This document shows positions 19,788-28,303 of a stretch of DNA of 32,000 nt, one piece after another (within the stretch, counting starts at the first letter, position 1; every line of letters begins with the position of its first letter). The stretch covers positions 210,001-242,000 of the forward strand of contig JBGQBI010000001.1 in assembly GCA_041494705.1 (NCBI GenBank), written 5' to 3'. This stretch comes from Candidatus Methanoperedens sp. GTDB taxonomy: Archaea; Halobacteriota; Methanosarcinia; Methanosarcinales; Methanoperedenaceae. A model generated the notes under the pieces. It worked only from the letters and a program-made list of their open reading frames with translations. It did no database searches and had not been told where the DNA came from. The position numbers and the translations under genes are program-made.

Positions 19788-20956
19788 ATTGTCTCACCCC
19801 GCGTATTGTGCCAGTTTATTGTGTTCACTTTTTCACCTTTTCCAGCTTTAATCGTAATCTCAAACATTTTTATTATCTGCTCTCTTGTCACGTCCCGTCC
19901 CCCGATACCTGCAAGATGATTGACAACGGGCACGGTCATACCGTAAAGCGCAGACTGAATCTCGTTAAATGCAGGCCCTCCGCCGTGATAGGATATCGAA
20001 CGGTCAAAAACCCCGACTGCACTCACGCCGGCCAATACCTTCCTTAATTCATCAACCGGGAACGGCCTGAAGAATCTCAATTTCACAAGCCCGACTTTTT
20101 TCCCGGCTTTTCGGAGTTCGTCCACCACTTCACGCGAAGTACTCGTTACAGTCCCCATCGTGACCAATGCAACTTCAGCATCTTCTATCATGTAAGTATC
20201 AATCATCCCCCCGTAATTTCTTCCAAAAACCTTCGCAAACTCGTCGTTTATTTCCCCGATAACTTTTTTTGCTGATTCGACAGCCCCCATAGTCTGGCGG
20301 CGCAATTCCATTATGTACTCGGCTGGCATGAAAATCCCTATCATCGCAGGTCTTGCGGGATCAAGCATAATATCTGGCGCATAAGGCGGCAGGAAAGAAT
20401 CGACATCCTCCTGCTGCGGTACATCTACAGGTTCAACGGTGTGCGTGAGCACGAAACCATCAAGACACGGCATTACGGGAAGCAGTACGCGTTTATCCTC
20501 TGCAATCCGAAACGACTGGATGACCATGTCAAGAGCCTCCTGGTTGTCTTCCACATATACCTGGAGCCAGCCTGAATCCCTCACCCCCATGGAATCGTTG
20601 TATTCGCACCATATACCGGGAGGAGCCGCAAGCGTGCGGTTGGCATTTGCCATCACTATGGGAAGACGCATGGGCGCGGTTGCATAGAGCATTTCGTACA
20701 TGAAAGCCAACCCCTGTGAAGATGTCGCTGTGAATACCCTTGCGCCCGCTGCCGACGCTGCGGCTGCCGCGCTCATCACGCTGTGTTCGGATTCCATGGT
20801 CAGGAACTTTGCATCCATTTCCCCGTCATTGACAAAATCCGCTATATGCTCGATAATAAGCGTTTGCGGCGTAATCGGGTATGCGGGAACCACATCCACA
20901 CGGCAGAGTTTTGCGCCTATTGCAACGGCATGGTCGCCTGTTATTACTTTTTTCAT
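19784..20956 (-). CDS. porA: 2-oxoacid (probably pyruvate):ferredoxin oxidoreductase alpha subunit
   Basis: [32 protein letters not shown]...[29 protein letters not shown] shows the typical PorA/KorA N-terminal core. Confidence 0.85.
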   Translation of the reverse strand: MKKVITGDHAVAIGAKLCRVDVVPAYPITPQTLIIEHIADFVNDGEMDAKFLTMESEHSVMSAAAAASAAGARVFTATSSQGLAFMYEMLYATAPMRLPIVMANANRTLAAPPGIWCEYNDSMGVRDSGWLQVYVEDNQEALDMVIQSFRIAEDKRVLLPVMPCLDGFVLTHTVEPVDVPQQEDVDSFLPPYAPDIMLDPARPAMIGIFMPAEYIMELRRQTMGAVESAKKVIGEINDEFAKVFGRNYGGMIDTYMIEDAEVALVTMGTVTSTSREVVDELRKAGKKVGLVKLRFFRPFPVDELRKVLAGVSAVGVFDRSISYHGGGPAFNEIQSALYGMTVPVVNHLAGIGGRDVTREQIIKMFEITIKAGKGEKVNTINWHNTRGETI

Positions 20957-21852
20957 GCCCGCGCCCTCACCATTTTTATCGCATCAACAGGGCATTCGTT
21001 GGCGCAGACGCCGCAGCCCTTGCAATAATCATAATTGGTCATGAGGTCGCCCCTGTCCGAGATACGTACAATTGTTCCTTCGGGGCAGTAAAACCAGCAC
21101 AAAAGACACATGGTGCATTTTTCCCTGTCCCGCACAGGGCGGAATGTCGCCCAGCCCATGACCTTGTTCTCGATAAAACTCCCGGGACCGATAAGACCCG
21201 CATCTGTTTTCCCCTTAACGAGAGAGCCGCCTGCCGGAAGTTCCTGGTACGTGGGAAGCCACTGTTTTTTGGGTTCAAGTTTCTTTATCCCTTTACTTTT
21301 CCCGATAACGGTCTTCCCGTATGCAGTCCTTGCGGCAAGGGAATTTCTTTCCGCTACCTTTTCACCGAGTTTCTCGCCAAACCTTCTCTTGATAGCTTCT
21401 TCCAGGGATTCAAGCTTAATAATCCCGGTGGCTTTTGCAAAAGCTCCGAGGATAGCCGTGTTTGTTATTGGGGCTTTCAGGATTTCAAGCGCTACCGAGG
21501 TCGCATCCACGGCTGCTGTCTTGACGCTTATTCCCAGGTCTATATCTTCGGGCTTATCCCTGGAATTTATGACTACAGAACCCCCGGGTTTTAATCCTGC
21601 AACTACATCTATTGTATCGAGAAGCGAATCATCAAGTACAACCACGCAGTCGGGTGAATAAACCTGTGTCTTGCTGTATATTTTTTTAGCATCTATCCTT
21701 GTGAAAGCAAGAACCGGGGCGCCACGTCTTTCAGCCCCAAAAAACGGGAAGGCGACGGCATAGTTTCCTTCAATTACGGCAGCTTCTGCAAGAGCCTGGG
21801 CAGCCATGACGGCGCCCTGACCGCCCCTTCCATGAAACCTGACCTCGAACAT
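20953..21852 (-). CDS. Fused gamma-delta subunit of 2-oxoacid:ferredoxin oxidoreductase
   Basis: The N-terminal part is gamma-like: [24 protein letters not shown]...FGAERRGAP. The C-terminal ~85 aa is a delta-type 2x[4Fe-4S] ferredoxin ([12 protein letters not shown] ... [12 protein letters not shown]). Confidence 0.85.
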   Translation of the reverse strand: MFEVRFHGRGGQGAVMAAQALAEAAVIEGNYAVAFPFFGAERRGAPVLAFTRIDAKKIYSKTQVYSPDCVVVLDDSLLDTIDVVAGLKPGGSVVINSRDKPEDIDLGISVKTAAVDATSVALEILKAPITNTAILGAFAKATGIIKLESLEEAIKRRFGEKLGEKVAERNSLAARTAYGKTVIGKSKGIKKLEPKKQWLPTYQELPAGGSLVKGKTDAGLIGPGSFIENKVMGWATFRPVRDREKCTMCLLCWFYCPEGTIVRISDRGDLMTNYDYCKGCGVCANECPVDAIKMVRARA

Positions 21853-21863
21853 GCCATGCTCTT

Positions 21864-22085
21864 TTATTCACAGGCTCCCGGCACCAGAATATTGCCGCAG
21901 TCGCTGCATACAAATCTCGGTAAACCTTTCTTCAAAACCTTAACAGGTACCGGATATCCTCCTTCCCATATAGGAAGATCAATCCTGTGGGCATGTTCCA
22001 TGCATATTCCTTTACCGCACATGATGCAAATGGCAACGGCTTCTTCGGTCTCATCCTTTAGCGCGCATTCATAACATCTCAGCAT
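21864..22085 (-). CDS. Small Cys-rich protein, paralogue 2 (DUF2180-like, archaeal)
   Basis: Translation: [65 protein letters not shown]. The pattern CxxC-x13-CxxC-x3-C-x2-H...CxxC is shared with the upstream paralogue. AGGAG lies 13 nt upstream of the ATG at 22085. Confidence 0.65.
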   Translation of the reverse strand: MLRCYECALKDETEEAVAICIMCGKGICMEHAHRIDLPIWEGGYPVPVKVLKKGLPRFVCSDCGNILVPGACE

Positions 22086-22089
22086 AACA

Positions 22090-22311
22090 TCACCAGTTCT
22101 CCTTAAGCGCTTCATGGCACGGCTGGCACAGTATCCGCTTCATGTTTTCAATATCCTTCTCAAGCCTGACAGGATAATCGCCCTTCCAGACAGGGGTTTG
22201 TTCATAGATGGCATGCTCCATACATACTCCCATTCCGCACACGATGCAGGCAGCCACTGCATCTGTATCCTTTCCCATTTTAGCGCATATGTAGCATTTC
22301 AAATCATTCAC
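22090..22311 (-). CDS. Small Cys-rich protein, paralogue 1 (DUF2180-like, archaeal)
   Basis: (M)NDLKCYICAKMGKDTDAVAACIVCGMGVCMEHAIYEQTPVWKGDYPVRLEKDIENMKRILCQPCHE. Apparent GTG start overlaps the mcrC stop as GTGA (22308-22311). Confidence 0.6.
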   Translation of the reverse strand: MNDLKCYICAKMGKDTDAVAACIVCGMGVCMEHAIYEQTPVWKGDYPVRLEKDIENMKRILCQPCHEALKENW

Positions 22312-22991
22312 TCTCCTTCACTTGCCATTAATCCTTCGCTTATCAGTAAATCGCTTCTGACCGCATGGACAACTTCTGTCCTCTGGCTCAATACATACCG
22401 TATTTCTTTTGCCAGTTCATTGAGTTTGATCCTTGAACACGTCTCGCCCCTCGTAATACCGCTGACTATCGTCACGACAGTGCCTTCTGTTTCAGGATTC
22501 TTTGGCTTTACGTATTTTGTCCTGATACCGGCTTTTGCGAAATCCTCAAAATCAATAGGATATTCACAGGCTATAACGGCTGGTATGTTGACATACTTGA
22601 GGATTTTCTTCGTTTTCAAAATTATATGGGAATTGACATTGCCCATATGAAGCAGCACAAGTTTGTGCCTTGCTATCTGTTCTATCTCTTTTGCCGTTAT
22701 GCCGAAATTGGCTCCATAGCCCTTTGAACGACCGGACCCGCCGACATCATCCATCGGGATACCTGCCCCGGCTTCAAGCACAAGAACGCTTACCTGGATT
22801 CCTTCCCTGCGCAGTCCCTGGGTTATCTCGCAAACCGGTTTGGTGATGTGCCGCCTCCCGGGGGTCATGGCAATGGCAACGACATCGGGTCTTGCGGCTT
22901 CGGAAAGTGTCCCGCGCTGGGCGAGTCCTCCCCCGCGCCCGAGTCCCATCGCTTCCCTGCAGTCCACCAGTTGCGTATCTCTTCCAAACAT
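22308..22991 (-). CDS. mcrC: Methyl-coenzyme M reductase operon protein C (McrC), encoded here away from any visible mcrBGA genes
   Basis: MFGRDTQLVDCREAMGLGRGGGLAQRGTLSE...VAIAMTPGRRHITKPVCEITQGLRREGIQVSVLVLEAGAGIP...HKLVLLHMGNV...CEYPIDFEDFAKAGIRTKYV...VTIVSGITRGETC aligns from residue 1 with McrC of Methanothermobacter and Methanosarcina as I remember them. ATG at 22991 preferred over the GTG at 23024. Confidence 0.85.
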   Translation of the reverse strand: MFGRDTQLVDCREAMGLGRGGGLAQRGTLSEAARPDVVAIAMTPGRRHITKPVCEITQGLRREGIQVSVLVLEAGAGIPMDDVGGSGRSKGYGANFGITAKEIEQIARHKLVLLHMGNVNSHIILKTKKILKYVNIPAVIACEYPIDFEDFAKAGIRTKYVKPKNPETEGTVVTIVSGITRGETCSRIKLNELAKEIRYVLSQRTEVVHAVRSDLLISEGLMASEGE

Positions 22992-22996
22992 ATTTA

Positions 22997-23413
22997 TTAC
23001 TTTATCCCGAGTGTGGTCTCCCACGTATCTGCATGTCCCTCTTCGTCCGAGAGGATTTCTTCGAGCATGAGCCTCGTTGTCGGGTCGTTCTCCTGAATTG
23101 CAAGTTTGATATGTTCTTTATACTGTTTGATGGCACCGTTCTCTTTTGCAAGGTCGTCCTTAACCATTTTCTCAAGGTCGCCGCCTTCGATGATAGGGGA
23201 TGTTTTCTTTGTCGGCGTTCCTCCAAGGTAAACGATACGCTCCCCAAGCTTCTCGGCATGCTTCATTTCATCCTTGGCTGTTGATTTGAATATTTCCAGA
23301 ATTGCAGGGCTTTCCATCCCTTCCCCCTCATAATGATGTTTCATATACTGTATGATGGCGCTAAGCTCATCTTCACGGTCTTTATTCAAAGCATCTATTA
23401 TTTTTTGGCTCAT
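22997..23413 (-). CDS. Ferritin-like di-iron protein (bacterioferritin/Dps-like)
   Basis: IDALNKDREDELSAIIQYMKHHY...AKDEMKHAEKLGERIVYLGGTP...LEEILSDEEGHADTW carries the ExxH di-iron ligand pairs of the ferritin-like fold. Confidence 0.7.
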   Translation of the reverse strand: MSQKIIDALNKDREDELSAIIQYMKHHYEGEGMESPAILEIFKSTAKDEMKHAEKLGERIVYLGGTPTKKTSPIIEGGDLEKMVKDDLAKENGAIKQYKEHIKLAIQENDPTTRLMLEEILSDEEGHADTWETTLGIK

Positions 23414-23484
23414 ATTATCCTCCCTTAAAATTTTCTATATCATTGATAAATCAATGAACATGAAAGTATTTTAATCTTTATGGT

Positions 23485-23913
23485 TTACTGCCTTCGTCTT
23501 CCTGCCATACACCCGTGACCGCTGCCATGGCCCTTGTCCCCATCAATCAATTTCAGGGCTCTCTTGCATGTTGCAACACCCGGCGCGCCAGAGGTAATGA
23601 AAACCACATTCATTGTCTCCATTATTTCTTCTTTTGTGGCGCCGTGGTTAAGGGCGCTCCTCATCTGGGATTCACAGCAGGGCTCGCACCTCTGGGATGC
23701 CATTACGGCAAGGGACATCAGGACTTTAACCTTTGCCGGGAGCGCGCCGTCCTCCTGGATGCCGTCATCGCATTTCTTATAATGTTCAAACAACTCGGGA
23801 TTCATTTCACCCATCATGTTCATGATTTCAGGTGTAAAGCCCATTTTATCGTCGATGCTGTCAATTACTTTCTTAGGTTCCATATTTTTTTCTCCCATAT
23901 TATCATTGTTCAT
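23485..23913 (-). CDS. Carboxymuconolactone decarboxylase/AhpD-like family protein (CxxC)
   Basis: [10 protein letters not shown]...[46 protein letters not shown] is a typical CMD/AhpD-like helix pattern with a redox CxxC. ATGA overlap with the upstream gene (23910-23913). Confidence 0.65.
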   Translation of the reverse strand: MNNDNMGEKNMEPKKVIDSIDDKMGFTPEIMNMMGEMNPELFEHYKKCDDGIQEDGALPAKVKVLMSLAVMASQRCEPCCESQMRSALNHGATKEEIMETMNVVFITSGAPGVATCKRALKLIDGDKGHGSGHGCMAGRRRQ

Positions 23914-24299
23914 TGTTGATTTAATCCTTTTCCCAATTTTGAAAGGACTTTTCTTAATCCGTCTTTATGCTTTCGTTCATCTTGCATCGACTTTTCAAAA
24001 AACTGGAACGCTTCTTCATTACCTTCGGTAAATGCGATTTTTGAAGCTTTCCACTTGTCTTTTTCCGCTTTCACCTCGCTTGCAAGCATGTTAACGAGAT
24101 TTGTCCTGGTATCCTTGATCTTACCCAGAAGAGCTGCAAACTCAGCGGCATGCTCCGCCTCATCCACGGCCACATTCAAAAGATATGATGCTACCTCATG
24201 GTGTCCCTCATCCTCAGCTTTACGCGACATTGCAAGATATAAGGCAATATCGTTGGATTCGGAATCGAACGTTTGTTCCATTATTTCTACTGTCTGCAT
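23910..24299 (-). CDS. Rubrerythrin-type ferritin-like di-iron domain protein without a rubredoxin domain
   Basis: [46 protein letters not shown]...[16 protein letters not shown] carries ExxH pairs. ATG at 24299 chosen; an alternative ATG lies at 24317. Confidence 0.65.
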   Translation of the reverse strand: MQTVEIMEQTFDSESNDIALYLAMSRKAEDEGHHEVASYLLNVAVDEAEHAAEFAALLGKIKDTRTNLVNMLASEVKAEKDKWKASKIAFTEGNEEAFQFFEKSMQDERKHKDGLRKVLSKLGKGLNQQ

Positions 24300-24542
24300 A
24301 TTTACACATTCCCCCATTTATTATCTATCAGGTCTTTAGTAAGCTTTTCGATAGCCGGCTTTACATTTAGTTTTGTTTATCTGGAATAATCTATCAATAC
24401 TAACTCCTCCTTGCACATTAAAAGTATTTCATGGATAATAAATAGTTCGATTTGTGACGCGCCAGGAATGCCGAAGGTCTACATTGTATGACCTGCCGTT
24501 TTAAAAGATTTTAAAGCGCTGTTATTTCGCGATTTTTCAAAA

Positions 24543-25790
24543 TTAAAGCTGCTGATACTTTGCAGCCTTCCCCAGCTCTTCCTCAATCCTCAGCAGTTGG
24601 TTATACTTCGCGTTCCTCTCGCTCCTCGCAGGTGCGCCAGTCTTTATCAGTTCGGCGCCGATAGCCACCGAAATATCCGCAATGGTTGTATCCTCGGTTT
24701 CCGCTGACCTGTGGCTCACGACCACTTTGAACTTATTCTTCTGTGCAAGCCTTGCTGCGTCAAGAGCCTCGGACAATGTGCCTATCTGGTTGACCTTCAG
24801 CAGAAGCGCATTTGCGGCATTCATTTTTATTCCCTGCTCAAGACGTTTTACATTTGTAACGAAAAGGTCGTCGCCAACGATTATCGTATCTTTCAATTTT
24901 CCTGTTAAAACCGCAAAATCATCGAACGCTTCTTCATGGAACGGGTCTTCAATAGAGAGAATAGGATATGTTTTCACAAGCTCGGCATAGAAATCCACCA
25001 TGTCATCCGGAGAAAATGCCTGTCCATCGATAGTGTATATGCCGTCCTTATAGAATTCCGACGCCGCGGCATCAAGACCGATAGTAATTTTTTTCTCATA
25101 TCCGCTTTCTTCAATAGCATTGGCGACTGCATCGAGCGCATCATTTGTGTTTGTAAGCGGCGGGGCGTAACCGCCTTCATATCCCACATTGACCGAAGAT
25201 TTGCCGTATTTTTTCGAAAGTATGGTGCCAAGCATTTGATATGTTTCAGAACCCATACGCAGCGCCTCCGAGTATGTCCGTGCGCCTCCCGGCTGTATCA
25301 TGAATTCCTGTATCGCAAGTTCGTTGCCCGCGTGTTTTCCCCCATTTATGATATTCATGGTGGGAACTGGAAGCGTGAATGCATTTGTGCCTCCAAGGTA
25401 GCGGAAAAGGGATAAACCGAGTGAATCCGCTGCCGCATGGGCAACAGCCAGCGAGACGCCAAGGATTGCATTGGCGCCGAGTCTTGATTTATTCTCCGTG
25501 CCGTCAAGTTCCAGCATAAGCCTATCGATATCGCGCTGGTCGCGAACGTCCATGCCGATGAGAGCTTCTTTTATTTCGGTATTGACATTGTTCACAGCAA
25601 TTTTTACACCTTTTCCATGATACCTCTTGTCATTATCCCTCAACTCAAGCGCTTCGTTTGTCCCTGTGGATGCGCCTGAAGGAACGCTTGCGCGCCCGAA
25701 TCCGATTTCCGTGGTAACATCGACTTCCACGGTGGGATTCCCGCGCGAATCAAGTATTTCCCTTGCATGAATGTTCTCTATTGTAAACAA
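24543..25790 (-). CDS. eno: Enolase (2-phosphoglycerate dehydratase)
   Basis: IHAREILDSRGNPTVEVDV...GASTGTNEALELRD...SHRSGETEDTTIADISVA (written here as SHRSAETEDT)...ARSERNAKYNQLLRIEEEL shows the canonical enolase motifs. Confidence 0.95.
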   Translation of the reverse strand: MFTIENIHAREILDSRGNPTVEVDVTTEIGFGRASVPSGASTGTNEALELRDNDKRYHGKGVKIAVNNVNTEIKEALIGMDVRDQRDIDRLMLELDGTENKSRLGANAILGVSLAVAHAAADSLGLSLFRYLGGTNAFTLPVPTMNIINGGKHAGNELAIQEFMIQPGGARTYSEALRMGSETYQMLGTILSKKYGKSSVNVGYEGGYAPPLTNTNDALDAVANAIEESGYEKKITIGLDAAASEFYKDGIYTIDGQAFSPDDMVDFYAELVKTYPILSIEDPFHEEAFDDFAVLTGKLKDTIIVGDDLFVTNVKRLEQGIKMNAANALLLKVNQIGTLSEALDAARLAQKNKFKVVVSHRSAETEDTTIADISVAIGAELIKTGAPARSERNAKYNQLLRIEEELGKAAKYQQL

Positions 25791-25971
25791 TGTCTCACCT
25801 GTCTTGACTGAATGGTTGCGGTTGTACTTAATTTTAATTATAATTTTCTCATGTATGAAGTCCGCTCATCGAAAAATCCTGACAGCTCAGGAAACCTTAT
25901 TTACAGATAATATTAAGCCAACTGTGTTTAAAATGAATAAGTATTTAAACGATTAGATATTATCTAATCTC

Positions 25972-27198
25972 ATGAAATCGATAAGCCAGTTTTTAGAACT
26001 ATACCCAAAAAAGAATACTAAAGATGTTTACAGGGCTGGAATCTATGCTTTCTTTGAATTCTTTGACTCCGAGATAAAACGCAACGGTAAAAAGGTAACA
26101 AAAAACGAAGCTGCACAATTTGAAAAGACAGCAAACGAATATCTGACCTTGAATGATGGTAAAAAAGCAGATTTAGAAGTTTATGTCAATGATTTAATGC
26201 GCTTCGCTGCACACCTTCATAATAAACCGCCAAAGACCGCTAAAACGTATCTGGGCGCGATAAAAGAGTATTTGGGTTACAATGGGATAGAATTTACGCA
26301 AAGACAGCTAAAAACCATACGTTTAAAACTGCCTAAAGGTGGGGTTAGAACCATAGAGAATGACATGGATCGTAAAATTATCCAGCAGATTTTACAGCAT
26401 ACAGATATCAAAGGTCGGGCTTTGTTTTTAACAGAGGCTTCAAGTGGTATGAGGATAGGCGAAGCGTTGCAGATAGAACTTGATGACGTGTTGCCATATT
26501 TAGAGAATAATCCAGTTATGATCTCTATCCGGGGGGAATACACGAAAACAGGCGAACAAAGGTCTGTATTCATATCCGCAGAGGCAAAAGACGCTTTGAT
26601 TGAATGGTTGAAGGTTAGAAAGCAATACCTGAAATCTGCTGTAAATAAAAATCGCGGGCTTATTAATAATGGCAACGCGAAGCTAAAGATTTTAGATGAT
26701 ACCAGGCTTTTTCCATTCACAGACAATAACGCTTTAGAAATGTGGAACAATGCCGTAAATAATGCGGGTTTGTTATCCATCGATAAAGGGACCAACCGCA
26801 AGCAATTGAGGATACACCAGCTTAGAAAGTTCTTTAGATCGCAGTTAGCCTTGGGCTGTCCTGTGGATATTGTAGAGGCCCTGATGGGTCATGAAGGCTA
26901 TCTTACGGAAGCCTACAGGCGATATACAAAGGCTCAAATGGCTGAGTACTACCTGAAAAATGAGCATTACATTACCATAGCTCAAAATCAATCCGTTGAA
27001 GCGATAAAAAAAGAAATCACAAATGAGATGAACGAAGCCATAAAAGGGCTTGTGGTTGAGAATCAGGGGCTGCAATCTAAAAATAAAGCGTTGGAGGATA
27101 AATTAACACGACTTGAGAAAGTGGTTAAAGTTGTGGCAAAAGTAGCTATGGAAGACCCAAGCCTATTACCTGCAATGAAGGATTTTATGAAGGATTAA
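25972..27198 (+). CDS. Tyrosine recombinase / phage-type integrase with a C-terminal coiled-coil extension
   Basis: Catalytic signature elements: SGMRIGEAL (Arg I), LRIHQLRKFF (HxxR), MGHEGYLTEAYRRY (His/Tyr nucleophile region). N-terminal SAM-like core-binding domain. Tail reads ENQGLQSKNKALEDKLTRLEKVV. Confidence 0.85.
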   Translation: MKSISQFLELYPKKNTKDVYRAGIYAFFEFFDSEIKRNGKKVTKNEAAQFEKTANEYLTLNDGKKADLEVYVNDLMRFAAHLHNKPPKTAKTYLGAIKEYLGYNGIEFTQRQLKTIRLKLPKGGVRTIENDMDRKIIQQILQHTDIKGRALFLTEASSGMRIGEALQIELDDVLPYLENNPVMISIRGEYTKTGEQRSVFISAEAKDALIEWLKVRKQYLKSAVNKNRGLINNGNAKLKILDDTRLFPFTDNNALEMWNNAVNNAGLLSIDKGTNRKQLRIHQLRKFFRSQLALGCPVDIVEALMGHEGYLTEAYRRYTKAQMAEYYLKNEHYITIAQNQSVEAIKKEITNEMNEAIKGLVVENQGLQSKNKALEDKLTRLEKVVKVVAKVAMEDPSLLPAMKDFMKD

Positions 27199-27230
27199 GG
27201 CGAGGGGTCATTTCACTCTTTTTTTAAAAA

Positions 27231-27262
27231 ATAGCGTTAACGCTATTTGAAAGTAGCGTTAA
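27231..27262. promoter_or_regulatory. 16-bp perfect palindrome ATAGCGTTAACGCTAT plus an extra half-site TAGCGTTAA, upstream of the first AbrB-like gene
   Basis: Palindrome at 27231-27246 and half-site at 27254-27262. Lies between the integrase T-run (27219-27225) and the ATG at 27308. Followed by the direct repeats ctgtgtt(t)atat and tatatgtta. Confidence 0.5.
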
Positions 27263-27307
27263 TAAATATCTGTGTTTATATACACTCTGTGTTATATGTT
27301 ATAGTAT

Positions 27308-27535
27308 ATGTTACACAAAATTCAATCCGTAGGAGATTGTCATTTTGCCTATATCCCCAAATGGATAATAGAGCATTTTGGCTTAAAAGTCGGGGATAAA
27401 CTCGACTTTCGTATAGATGGAAACTGTATAAAAGCAATGCCTGTAGCCCCTTCCGCCAAGAATGAACTACAGGTAGCGCAGCACCCAGTAGATAGCATAG
27501 GTGATGGCAATGATTTATTGCACACAAAGCCTTAA
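27308..27535 (+). CDS. AbrB/SpoVT-type swapped-hairpin DNA-binding protein
   Basis: GDCHFAYIPKWIIEHFGLKVGDKLDFRIDGNCIKAMPV fits the AbrB/MazE pattern (xxIPkxxxxxlglkxGDxlxfxxxxxxixlxp). Confidence 0.55.
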   Translation: MLHKIQSVGDCHFAYIPKWIIEHFGLKVGDKLDFRIDGNCIKAMPVAPSAKNELQVAQHPVDSIGDGNDLLHTKP

Positions 27536-27582
27536 ATCTTTTTCTAAGTTGCGGACCAACGCCATAAGCAAAGGGGTATTGT

Positions 27583-27702
27583 ATGAATGAAATAAGTTCT
27601 TCACCTAATAGCTTTGCTTTTTTAGATGGGCTTGAACAGTGGGCGGCCTGGGCAGAACTGCAATTAGCTGAAAGAAAAGCATCAGAGGCATCAAAAAATT
27701 AA
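27583..27702 (+). CDS. Hypothetical 39-aa protein
   Basis: Translation: MNEISSSPNSFAFLDGLEQWAAWAELQLAERKASEASKN. A purine-rich aagggg lies upstream. Co-directional with its neighbours and followed by a small stem (agcggt/accgct). Below the track cut-off. Confidence 0.3.
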   Translation: MNEISSSPNSFAFLDGLEQWAAWAELQLAERKASEASKN

Positions 27703-27741
27703 AAACCGAAAGCGGTCGGCAAAACCGCTTCCAGCCAAAAC

Positions 27742-27909
27742 ATGCTACTTTCTTTATTATTGCTATCAATATTAAATCTTTCGCCTGTGTCCGAACAAAC
27801 AGGGCGAATGATTCCATGCGTTCAATGTGGAGCCTGGTTTTTTACCCGGGAAGGCAGGGAAGAACACGATAAATGGTGTATCGGTTATGATCCGGAGCAG
27901 GGCAAATGA
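27742..27909 (+). CDS. Small C2HC zinc-finger protein (55 aa from the first ATG; may start at the internal MIPCVQC)
   Basis: ...MIPCVQCGAWFFTREGREEHDKWCIGYDPEQGK. Its stop overlaps the next ATG as ATGA (27906-27909). Confidence 0.4.
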   Translation: MLLSLLLLSILNLSPVSEQTGRMIPCVQCGAWFFTREGREEHDKWCIGYDPEQGK

Positions 27910-28238
27910 AGCAAGGCCGCAAATCTTGCTTTTCTCACTCTAAAGAGTGGGCGAATTCTCAATTACGGTTCGGGATAAATCTGCTGAAATGCCTGGCATG
28001 TTCTCAGAGTTTAGACCGGGCAATTTCTGACGCTGTTTCAATACGCCAGACATTAGCTAATGCGGGGTACTGGTGGCAAGCCAAGACGCTGGATCACTGG
28101 ATTCACCTTGTAAAGAAGAAGGGTGACTTTATTGACAGCAAGGCGAGGGTAGGCGAGCCTTGCGTACAGGAAGACAGCGCCGAAGGCGATTTACGGGCTT
28201 TGCCCGACTCTAAGCAAGGGCTTAGAGGGGTGTCTTAA
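27906..28238 (+). CDS. Hypothetical protein (110 aa)
   Basis: Track ORF coupled on both sides (ATGA upstream, TAATG downstream). No family recognised. Confidence 0.45.
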   Translation: MKQGRKSCFSHSKEWANSQLRFGINLLKCLACSQSLDRAISDAVSIRQTLANAGYWWQAKTLDHWIHLVKKKGDFIDSKARVGEPCVQEDSAEGDLRALPDSKQGLRGVS

Positions 28239-28303
28239 TGTCGTCGTCGGCGTCGTCTCTGAGTGCCTGCAGGCACGAAGTACCAGGGCGGGTGTCTGCA
28301 TGA
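28238..28303 (+). CDS. 21-codon bridging mini-ORF (MSSSASSLSACRHEVPGRVSA) linking the 110-aa gene to the Rep-like gene; possibly only a coupling or leader element
   Basis: Its ATG (28238-28240) overlaps the upstream TAA as TAATG. Its TGA (28301-28303) overlaps the ATG at 28300 as ATGA. The sequence is a GC-rich patch with a (GTC)n-like tract and the 14-bp palindrome gtgcctgcaggcac (28263-28276). Confidence 0.3.
   Translation: MSSSASSLSACRHEVPGRVSA

Noticed and set aside
20881-21594. 237-aa plus-strand ORF
   Set aside because: Antisense shadow of the porGD fusion gene.
25922-27278. Shared 9-mer CTGTGTTTA (25922-25930 and 27270-27278) as possible att core flanking the integrase gene
   Set aside because: A single 9-mer match between two ~100-200-bp AT-rich regions is plausibly chance, and the similarity does not extend. 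Likewise, the weak resemblance between 25930-25955 (ttaaaatgaataagtatttaaacg) and 31365-31390 (ttaaatatgaattgcttaaccg) is too degenerate to call att sites.
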